NCBI GenBank assembly: GCA_001897305.1
Contig: MKSO01000001.1
Coordinates: 420,001 to 452,000, forward strand
DNA length: 32,000 nt
Direction of reading: 5' to 3'
From: Candidatus Saccharimonadota bacterium
GTDB lineage: Bacteria; Patescibacteriota; Saccharimonadia; Saccharimonadales; Saccharimonadaceae
Below the pieces are notes generated by a model. That model saw nothing but the letters and a program-made list of their open reading frames with translations, made no database searches and had not been told where the DNA came from. Positions 22,721 to 29,869 of this stretch are shown piece after piece (the first letter of the stretch is position 1; each line of letters begins with the position of its first letter). The translations under genes were made by a program, and so were the position numbers.

Positions 22721-23424
22721 TAATCTTCGGGGTTATATTTGTAGGTCTGTTCTTTGATAACATAGCTGTCGGCTTGTATCATATCAATGGTCTCTTGCAC
22801 CGAGCCAAATTGCTTGTCTTTTGCGTTAAACGCTTCAATAGTGAGCCATTCATTATGTTGACCTTCGGTGTCAATAAGTACGCCCTGCGGGTTAGCCCCC
22901 TGAATTAGGCAGAAATACTTATCCTCTAACAGTTCGTTACTGCGCGCATCATAGTCTAATTTATGATAGAACCCGACCACTCTTAAATCGGCGGTTAAGC
23001 CCGTTTCCTCTTTCAGCTCGCGGGCGCCGGCTTCGAGCATGGTCTCACCCCAACGTATCTTTCCTGTCATATGCCCCCAATAGCCGTAATAGGGCTGTTT
23101 GAGCCGTTGCTGCTGCAAATATTGGCCCTTCCTATTCTTCAATACAATGACGACCGATAGTTTAGGCTGCTTTTCAATAACCTGCTCGTCCGTATCCATG
23201 CGGTTAGCGTATTCTTTACCTTTTCGGGTAAGGGTGTAATCGCCGAGTGTTTTAGGAAGGTGCTGGATATAGCCCGATTTCACCAGTTGTTTTATGTGAA
23301 ACGTCGTACTGTCGCTTGTAAGACCACTTGTCTTTTGCAGTTCTGAAAACGAGGCTTTTGGGGCAAGGAGCAGCTTTTTTAATATATTCATTTGCGCTGT
23401 ATGCGCTTCGGCCTCATAGCTCAT
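22717..23424 (-). CDS. winged-helix DNA-binding domain fused to a Nudix hydrolase
   Basis: 235 aa. The N-terminal region is wHTH-like (MNILKKLLLAPKASFSELQKTSGLTSDSTTFHIKQLVKSGYI). It has a complete Nudix box, GKIRWGETMLEAGARELKEETGL. The start overlaps the NADAR gene's end by 11 nt, with SD GAGGAA. Confidence 0.85.
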   Translation of the reverse strand: MSYEAEAHTAQMNILKKLLLAPKASFSELQKTSGLTSDSTTFHIKQLVKSGYIQHLPKTLGDYTLTRKGKEYANRMDTDEQVIEKQPKLSVVIVLKNRKGQYLQQQRLKQPYYGYWGHMTGKIRWGETMLEAGARELKEETGLTADLRVVGFYHKLDYDARSNELLEDKYFCLIQGANPQGVLIDTEGQHNEWLTIEAFNAKDKQFGSVQETIDMIQADSYVIKEQTYKYNPEDY

Positions 23425-23905
23425 TATTGCGTAGTTCCTCTCGTAGCTTCATCCATACTTTACCAAGCTCATTGCGGCCTTGTCTATCAGCTCCCCACCC
23501 CCAGAAGCTATCAACGGGCGAATCTTCAACTAAGTACTCTTCGTTGGTTTGCAATAATTTACGGCGAACGTAGGGGTTTTGTTGTACTTTATGTCGGCAT
23601 ATTTCAAGCATTACATCCGCTTTTATATCTGGCCAATTTTTTCGCTGCTGTACTTTATTGCTCTGGGCGGTCTCAAAAGCTTCATGGGCTGAACGGGCGC
23701 CAGCAATGCGCTCTACCAGTTCTGGTGCTGTATCAAAAAAGCGTGCAGCCTGATAGGCATGCTCCGAGGTTGGCCAGCACCTTCCCTTCCAGTCAACCTG
23801 AAAGCTGGAAAAATTAGAGAACACGTAAAACTCGCGCTCGTAGAACCCCACAATAGATCCATCAGTCATAAGTTGAGGGTCACGAAATTGTGTAATAGTA
23901 CTCAT
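23414..23905 (-). CDS. NADAR (YbiA/DUF1768) family protein
   Basis: 163 aa. FSNFSSFQVDWKGRCWPTSEHAYQAARF and DSFWGWGADRQGRNELGKVWMKLR are characteristic NADAR motifs. SD AAAGGAG lies upstream. Confidence 0.85.
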   Translation of the reverse strand: MSTITQFRDPQLMTDGSIVGFYEREFYVFSNFSSFQVDWKGRCWPTSEHAYQAARFFDTAPELVERIAGARSAHEAFETAQSNKVQQRKNWPDIKADVMLEICRHKVQQNPYVRRKLLQTNEEYLVEDSPVDSFWGWGADRQGRNELGKVWMKLREELRNNEL

Positions 23906-24026
23906 AGAACTCCTTTGTTACAGTCCGTCTTAGCATAGGGTGTAAGAAAGTTTGTATCTAGTGAAGTGTACTTCTGTAACGAAAAAGCTTGCGCTCCCCC
24001 GTTAATGAGCTTATGATTAAACCAGT

Positions 24027-25691
24027 ATGAAAGAGTTGAAAGAAAAATTACAGAGTATTGAGTTTAGTGGTGAGATAAAAGATAGCGATGAAGACCGTGA
24101 GTTTTACTCGCACGACGCTTCGATGTTTGAAATTAAACCAGAAGTTATTGCCGTACCAAAGTCGGCTGAAGATGTCGCTAAGCTTGTGAAGTTTGTGGCA
24201 GATAATAAAAAAGATAATCCAGAGTTATCATTAACAGCCCGTAGTGCTGGTACCGACATGTCCGGGGCGGCCATTAACGATTCTATTATTGTTGATTTCC
24301 AAACACATCTTAACCAGCTTATTGATATCGATAGCGCTCGAGCGGTTGTGCAGCCGGGTATGTTCTTCCGTGATTTTGATGCCGAAACGTTAAAGTTTGA
24401 TGCGCTTCTACCATCATACCCAGCCAGTCGCGACCTTTGTACGGTTGGCGGCATGGTAAATAACAACTCTGGCGGTGAAAAATCTTTGCAGTACGGCAAG
24501 ACCGATGACTACGTAACCGAGCTACAGTTTGTATTTGCCGATGGTGTAGAACGGACAGTAAAGCCACTCAACAAAGTTGAACTTGACGCCAAAATGGCCC
24601 AAGATGATTTCGAGGGTCGCGTGTACCGTGAACTGTATGAACTTATCGAAGCTAACTACGACACCATACAAGCCGCTAAGCCTCACGTAAGCAAGGATTC
24701 AACCGGCTACCACCTATGGAACGTCTGGAACCGTGAAACGGGCGTATTTGACCTTGCTAAGGCTATAGTTGGTGCGCAAGGGACACTCGGCTTCGTTACG
24801 CAGGCTCAGCTACGGCTGGTTAAACGTGAAAAACACTCCGGTTTACTAGTGATCTTCTTGCGAGACATCGATACACTTGGCGACCTGATCAAAACGGTCG
24901 TTAGCCACAACCCTGCTACCTTCGAGGGCTTTGATGACGCTACGATGCTGCTCGGCATGAAGTTTCTTCCAAGTTTCCTCACTTTCTTAGGGCCAGTGAA
25001 ATTTATTCACTTTCTTTTCTCGCTGATTCCTGAAGGCTTCCAGCTTCTCAAGGGCATCCCTAAACTCATTCTTATGGTTGAATTTACTGGTGATACCGAA
25101 GAGGAAGTTCGTGATAAAGTAAAAGCTCTACACCGCGACCTAGCTCCACACCGGGTACGCTACGAAATTAACGGTTTTGAAGAAGACCCTACCGAAGGTT
25201 CAAGTGAAAAGTTCTGGATTCTCCGTCGCCGCAGCTTCCAATTGCTTCGTAGCAAAGTTAAGGACAAGCACACAGCACCATTTATCGATGACTTTGTTGT
25301 TAACCCGGAACATCTTCCCGAATTCTTCCCTAAGATTCGCCAAATTATTAAAAAGTACAAATTGTTTGCGACGATTGCCGGCCACATGGGTGATGGAAAC
25401 TTCCATATTATCCCATTAATGAAGCTTGAGGACCCTAATGACCGCGCTAAGCTTGAGCCAGCTATGAAAGAAGTGAACAACCTCGTTCTGCAATACAAAG
25501 GTTCATTAAGCGGTGAGCACAACGACGGGTTAGTTCGTGGCCCATGGCTACAGCAAATGTACGGCGATGAAGTACTCGACTTATTCAAGAAGACAAAGGA
25601 TATCTTCGACCCAGAGCACATCTTTAACCCTCACAAAAAAGCTAACGCAACATGGGAATACAGCTTCTCGCATATTAGGGATCATTTCTAG
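24027..25691 (+). CDS. FAD-linked oxidase (GlcD/D-lactate dehydrogenase family)
   Basis: 554 aa. The FAD-binding PCMH-type region includes RSAGTDMSGAA and GGMVNNNSGGEKSLQYGKTDDYV. The C-terminal region has GSLSGEHNDGLVRG. Confidence 0.85.
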   Translation: MKELKEKLQSIEFSGEIKDSDEDREFYSHDASMFEIKPEVIAVPKSAEDVAKLVKFVADNKKDNPELSLTARSAGTDMSGAAINDSIIVDFQTHLNQLIDIDSARAVVQPGMFFRDFDAETLKFDALLPSYPASRDLCTVGGMVNNNSGGEKSLQYGKTDDYVTELQFVFADGVERTVKPLNKVELDAKMAQDDFEGRVYRELYELIEANYDTIQAAKPHVSKDSTGYHLWNVWNRETGVFDLAKAIVGAQGTLGFVTQAQLRLVKREKHSGLLVIFLRDIDTLGDLIKTVVSHNPATFEGFDDATMLLGMKFLPSFLTFLGPVKFIHFLFSLIPEGFQLLKGIPKLILMVEFTGDTEEEVRDKVKALHRDLAPHRVRYEINGFEEDPTEGSSEKFWILRRRSFQLLRSKVKDKHTAPFIDDFVVNPEHLPEFFPKIRQIIKKYKLFATIAGHMGDGNFHIIPLMKLEDPNDRAKLEPAMKEVNNLVLQYKGSLSGEHNDGLVRGPWLQQMYGDEVLDLFKKTKDIFDPEHIFNPHKKANATWEYSFSHIRDHF

Positions 25692-25699
25692 GAGGTACT

Positions 25700-26560
25700 A
25701 TGGACACTACCAAACCTGAGGCGCCAAAAAAGGATAAATTACAAAATGACGCATCGACAGAGCTAGACTCGGCAAACGCGCAGTCTCACCCGGCGACGAT
25801 ACGTAAATGGTTTTTCTATATTCTTATAGTTGGGCTTATTGTATCAGCGGTAATATCGATTATTGCTGTCTTGATAGGTGAAATTAACGATGTAGTAACG
25901 CGTGCCCTATGGACGACCTTTATAATGGTGCTCCACTCCTTGATAGCGGTTGGCTTACTCTCTATTTCGACAAATAAAAGAAACCCTAATGCGGACGAAG
26001 TGGCGCTCAATATACTCGTTGGGCTCACGATTGCCAGTTTCGTAAGCTCCGCTCTCGGTACTTGGGGAGTACTCTCGGGGGCCGTAGTGAGTGACCTTTA
26101 TAAACTCATCTTTTACGCACTATTCGCCGACTTATTGATTTTTATACTACTTCATTCACGCATGACGGACCGTGCAATTGCTCGTAGTGCTATGGCTTCA
26201 ATAGGCATAACGGTTGCTTTCTTTATCTACCTAATACCAAATGTCTTTACGAATAGCCTTAATTACACCCTGCCTGATATTTACAACCGGGGTGTTGCTG
26301 CCTTTTCGATTTTACTTTCGACTGCCGTAGTAATTACAATCGTTTTTCACTGGATATACAGAATAAAGCACGCTGATGAGCTTGAAAGTCAAGCCAACGC
26401 AGGCCAAGCCGATACTCAACTTTCAGAAGGATCAACACCAAAACAGACTATGCCATTATGGGCAAAGGTTGTACTTATTGTTGTTGGTATCGTATTCGGA
26501 CTTCCTATTGTTATTGGAGTACTTGGAGGCTTGTTGGCGTTATTAACGCGCACCTTGTAA
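25700..26560 (+). CDS. polytopic membrane protein, unknown function
   Basis: 286 aa with about 7-8 hydrophobic helices. SD AGGAGG overlaps the oxidase's stop codon. Confidence 0.75.
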   Translation: MDTTKPEAPKKDKLQNDASTELDSANAQSHPATIRKWFFYILIVGLIVSAVISIIAVLIGEINDVVTRALWTTFIMVLHSLIAVGLLSISTNKRNPNADEVALNILVGLTIASFVSSALGTWGVLSGAVVSDLYKLIFYALFADLLIFILLHSRMTDRAIARSAMASIGITVAFFIYLIPNVFTNSLNYTLPDIYNRGVAAFSILLSTAVVITIVFHWIYRIKHADELESQANAGQADTQLSEGSTPKQTMPLWAKVVLIVVGIVFGLPIVIGVLGGLLALLTRTL

Positions 26561-26573
26561 TATGTATTGACAC

Positions 26574-26608
26574 TAAAATAACCTCCCATAGCGGGAGGTT
26601 ATTTTTTA
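26574..26608. terminator. bidirectional rho-independent terminator
   Basis: The stem is AACCTCCC/GGGAGGTT (8 bp perfect) with a 5-nt loop. It is preceded by AAAATA and followed by ATTTTTT. Confidence 0.8.
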
Positions 26609-26620
26609 CTCAGTATCAAC

Positions 26621-27046
26621 TTATTCGGTAACTTCAACGCCCATTGAGCGAGCAGTACCAGCGATGACTTTGATTGCACCCTCAAGATCAATAGCGTTAA
26701 GCTGATCCTTCTTGAGTTCGGCAATTTCTTGGAGTTGTGCTTTGGTAATTTTACCTACCTTGTCGCTGTGAGGCTTAGCGCTTCCTTTTTGGATGCCTAC
26801 CTTTTCACGAATCAGGTCGTCAACTGGCTGACCAAGTGACTTCCAGGCGAAGGTACGGTCTTCGAACACTTGAATGTGGACGATAACGTCTTTACCGTTT
26901 AGTTCTTTGGTTGCGTCGTTGAAGGGGTTAATGAAGTCCATCATGTTAAGACCCCACTGACCAAGTGTTGAACCTACTGGAGGACCAGCGGTTGCACGAC
27001 CGGCAGGGATGCGGAGCTTCAAGTTACCAATAACTTGCTTTGCCAT
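26621..27046 (-). CDS. rplK: 50S ribosomal protein L11
   Basis: 141 aa. MAKQVIGNLKLRIPAGRATAGPPVGSTLGQWGLNMMDF is a classic L11 N-terminus. Confidence 0.95.
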   Translation of the reverse strand: MAKQVIGNLKLRIPAGRATAGPPVGSTLGQWGLNMMDFINPFNDATKELNGKDVIVHIQVFEDRTFAWKSLGQPVDDLIREKVGIQKGSAKPHSDKVGKITKAQLQEIAELKKDQLNAIDLEGAIKVIAGTARSMGVEVTE

Positions 27047-27172
27047 AATTATGTAAATTCTTTCCTTACGCGCAGTATGCGCTTGTACTAAATATCTTTA
27101 TTGAAGCACGGCGGTGTGTAGATTTGCTTGTTCAGGGCACATCTTCGCCAGATATTAGTGCGTAACCCCGTT

Positions 27173-27181
27173 ATTATAGCA
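27173..27181 (-). promoter_or_regulatory. extended -10 promoter TGCTATAAT for rplK
   Basis: TGCTATAAT on the minus strand lies about 125 nt upstream of the rplK ATG, leaving a long 5' UTR. Confidence 0.5.
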
Positions 27182-27191
27182 AATTCTAAGC

Positions 27192-27719
27192 TTACTGTCT
27201 ATGCTGGACGTGTTCCGAGCTCCGTATAAGCCTAATTGCTTCACCAATAAACTGTGCATCAATGGTATCAAGCGTAGTGGACCCTGGGTTCGCCACCTCA
27301 GCTGCGGCATGAGCTTCGAGCTCTAGTGGATCATAGGGACGAAAAGCGAAATTACGAAAATCGTACGGCTCGGCTGTTTGTACGGCGACTCCCGTAACCG
27401 TGTGGGATGTAGCATCTGTATCGGTCACAAGTACCGAACCAAGAAGACCTACCATCTTCAAAGCAGGTATTCCGGCGTGTACAAATCGACTACCTCGAAA
27501 TAATCGTATTGCACGATCTTCATGCGCTATACCAACAAATCCTGCCTCGTTGAGCGGTTTCACATGTTGAAATAAAGCTGGTGACGAATGCGAGCTTAAA
27601 AGTTGCGGCAAAGTAAAAGAGCCATCGAGGGCTCTTTTGGAAAGGCTAAATACGGCAATACGTAGCTCGTGTTTTTCTTGAGATGCTATCTCGTCGCTGC
27701 TGAAATACTGTTCGGACAT
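27192..27719 (-). CDS. hypothetical protein inserted between nusG and rplK
   Basis: The ORF is open from the TTG at 27728. The first ATG, at 27719, lies 8 nt downstream of TATAGT (27733..27728). No SD and no recognisable motif. Confidence 0.6.
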   Translation of the reverse strand: MSEQYFSSDEIASQEKHELRIAVFSLSKRALDGSFTLPQLLSSHSSPALFQHVKPLNEAGFVGIAHEDRAIRLFRGSRFVHAGIPALKMVGLLGSVLVTDTDATSHTVTGVAVQTAEPYDFRNFAFRPYDPLELEAHAAAEVANPGSTTLDTIDAQFIGEAIRLIRSSEHVQHRQ

Positions 27720-27729
27720 TTCGATCAAC

Positions 27730-27763
27730 TATAAAAGAAGGCTCTACAAATGTAAAGCCTTCT
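27730..27763 (-). terminator. rho-independent terminator after nusG
   Basis: On the minus strand: AGAAGGCT, a 12-nt loop, AGCCTTCT (8-bp perfect stem), followed by TTTAT. Confidence 0.65.
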
Positions 27764-27780
27764 TGCTCATTACGGGTGTA

Positions 27781-28329
27781 TTACGATACTTTCTTTACTT
27801 GTAGAGCATCGAGTTCAACTGAAGTATCACGGCCGAACATACTCACCATAACCTTCACCTTACCCTTTTGGGTGTCAATTTCAGAAATGGCGCCGTCAAA
27901 GCCCTTGAATGGGCCGTCGGTAATACTTACAACTTCGCCCTCACTAAAGTCAATGTGGTGCTTAGGGTCTTCAACGCCCATACGCTTCTTAATCTTCGAG
28001 ATTTCTTGGTCGGACACAGGCGTAGGTTGAGTACTTGTACCTACGAAACCAGTTACACCTGGAGTATTACGAACGATGTACCATGTTTCGTCGGTGAGTT
28101 TCATCTCTACTAGCGCGTAGCCTTGGAAAATCTTCTTCTCTACAACCTTACGCTTACCGTTTTTGATTTCGATTTGTTTTTCTTTAGGTACCATAACGTC
28201 GAAAATCTTGTCAGCCATATCGACAGCATTAATACGCTGGCGAATGCTTTCAGCAACTTTCTCTTCGTAGCCACTATACGTGTGGATGGCGTACCATTGT
28301 CGTGATGAATCGTAGCGGTTTTTCGTCAT
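27781..28329 (-). CDS. nusG: transcription termination/antitermination factor NusG
   Basis: 182 aa. It has an NGN domain (WYAIHTYSGYEEKV) and a KOW motif (GEVVSITDGPFKGFDGAISEID). SD GGAG lies upstream. Confidence 0.95.
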   Translation of the reverse strand: MTKNRYDSSRQWYAIHTYSGYEEKVAESIRQRINAVDMADKIFDVMVPKEKQIEIKNGKRKVVEKKIFQGYALVEMKLTDETWYIVRNTPGVTGFVGTSTQPTPVSDQEISKIKKRMGVEDPKHHIDFSEGEVVSITDGPFKGFDGAISEIDTQKGKVKVMVSMFGRDTSVELDALQVKKVS

Positions 28330-28342
28330 ATTGAATTACTCC

Positions 28343-28609
28343 TTAGGCAATAATCAGTTCAAACAAATATTTAAATAGTGTGTCAAGCAAACTAATAAGT
28401 ACGCCAAAGAAAACACTAAAGAGGATAACTGCCAGTGTTAAGGCCCATGTTGCGCGGCGGTTTGGCCACCGAACTTGACGAAGCTCGACCCAAGCGCCCT
28501 TAAAGTAACGACCAATACCACCAAGAAATGATTTCTTGTGTTCTTTTGGTTTTTTCTCAACACGCTTTGATTTTGCACTAATGCGTGTAACCTTGGTTGT
28601 TTTTGCCAC
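28343..28609 (-). CDS. secE: preprotein translocase subunit SecE
   Basis: 88 aa. It has a basic N-terminus, ELRQVRWPNRRATW, and a single C-terminal TM helix. The GTG start has SD GGAGGA. It lies immediately upstream of nusG. Confidence 0.9.
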   Translation of the reverse strand: MAKTTKVTRISAKSKRVEKKPKEHKKSFLGGIGRYFKGAWVELRQVRWPNRRATWALTLAVILFSVFFGVLISLLDTLFKYLFELIIA

Positions 28610-28623
28610 GGAGTTCCTCCCAA

Positions 28624-28652
28624 ATAAAATAGTCTGCTTAGCAGACTGTCAA
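28624..28652 (-). promoter_or_regulatory. secE-nusG promoter TTGACA-17 nt-TTTTAT with a perfect palindrome filling the spacer
   Basis: On the minus strand, TTGACA is at 28652..28647 and the -10 TTTTAT is at 28629..28624. The 17-nt spacer is AGTCTGCTTAGCAGACT minus one base: 7-bp arms with a 3-nt centre, at 28631..28647. Confidence 0.45.
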
Positions 28653-28726
28653 GTTGATTGTACCGTATAGGGGTCGTATCGTCAATAGTTCGGCATTGCG
28701 TCTGTGCTTAGTGTATTATAAAGAAG

Positions 28727-29869
28727 ATGTTAGAAAGTGTTGTAACTTCCGTATCGGGGCTTGGTGCCCTATTAGGACTACTGTCTCTTTTAAAAGTTCG
28801 TCGTGTGCTTAAAGAACACGCCGCGCCTAACTACTCAACAGAGCTCGAACGAGAGGCTGATATAGACCTTCCAAGCGTTAGTATTTGTATTCCCGCCCGC
28901 AACGAGAGGCGCGCACTAGTAGCCTGCCTCGATGCTGTACTCGCCTCAACCTACGAGCGACAAGAAGTTATTGTACTAGATGATGTCTCTGGTGATGACA
29001 CGTCGGCTCTTATTAAGTCATATGCTAGTGAAGGCGTACGTTTCGTAAAGGGAGCTCCGTTAAAACAAGGGTGGCTTGGCAAAAACCACGCCCTTCAAGG
29101 CCTCCTCGACGAGGCGAGTGGTACTTATATTTTATATATTGACGTTGATACGCGTTTAAAGCCGCATTCTGTCGAGCATTTGGTACGGTATGCGCTTTCA
29201 CATCGTCTTGATATGCTTTCGGTGCTTCCGCGGCGTGAAGACGGCTGGAGAGGAAGCGTTATATGGTCTCCCCTGCGCTATTTTTGGTCGGTACTGTTTT
29301 ACAGTAACAAACATGCCGCAACGTCTAGCAGCGCGTGGATTATACGTCGTGACGTGCTCAAAGAGCAATTTGGTGGCTTTATGGAAACTGCTACGCTCGT
29401 ACAGCCAGAGCAACGTTTCGCTGACTCTTTACAAGCCAAAAATCGTTATCGCTATCTTATTGGTACTGCCAACTTTGGGGTTGGCTACGAGAAAAAATGG
29501 CGTTCACAACTCCTAACAAGTGTTCGTACCATAGTGCCAAGCTTTCAAGGTAGTTTGCTAATGGCACTGCTAGGTATTGTCGGGCTATGTGTCTTGATTC
29601 TTCCAAGCGCAATAATTACCTATTACCTATTGGGTACACATTTTAGCACCACGGATATTATTATTGCTGGTATTAGCATGGCTCTTTGGTGGGCCACTTA
29701 TGCTACGTATGCTCATTTTGTATGGCGTCGTGGCTGGTGGGCGGGCACGATAGTGTGGCCACTACTGTTAATTCAGCAGATCGCCTTAATCTTTGCGAGT
29801 ATCTATGCGTACAGTTTCAACCGATTAGAATGGAAGGGGCGACCTATTCGCCCTCAAGCTGAAAACTAA
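28727..29869 (+). CDS. membrane-anchored family 2 glycosyltransferase
   Basis: 380 aa. It has an N-terminal TM helix, the GT-A motifs SICIPARNE, VIVLDDVSGDDT and YIDVDT (DxD), and several C-terminal TM helices. Confidence 0.85.
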   Translation: MLESVVTSVSGLGALLGLLSLLKVRRVLKEHAAPNYSTELEREADIDLPSVSICIPARNERRALVACLDAVLASTYERQEVIVLDDVSGDDTSALIKSYASEGVRFVKGAPLKQGWLGKNHALQGLLDEASGTYILYIDVDTRLKPHSVEHLVRYALSHRLDMLSVLPRREDGWRGSVIWSPLRYFWSVLFYSNKHAATSSSAWIIRRDVLKEQFGGFMETATLVQPEQRFADSLQAKNRYRYLIGTANFGVGYEKKWRSQLLTSVRTIVPSFQGSLLMALLGIVGLCVLILPSAIITYYLLGTHFSTTDIIIAGISMALWWATYATYAHFVWRRGWWAGTIVWPLLLIQQIALIFASIYAYSFNRLEWKGRPIRPQAEN

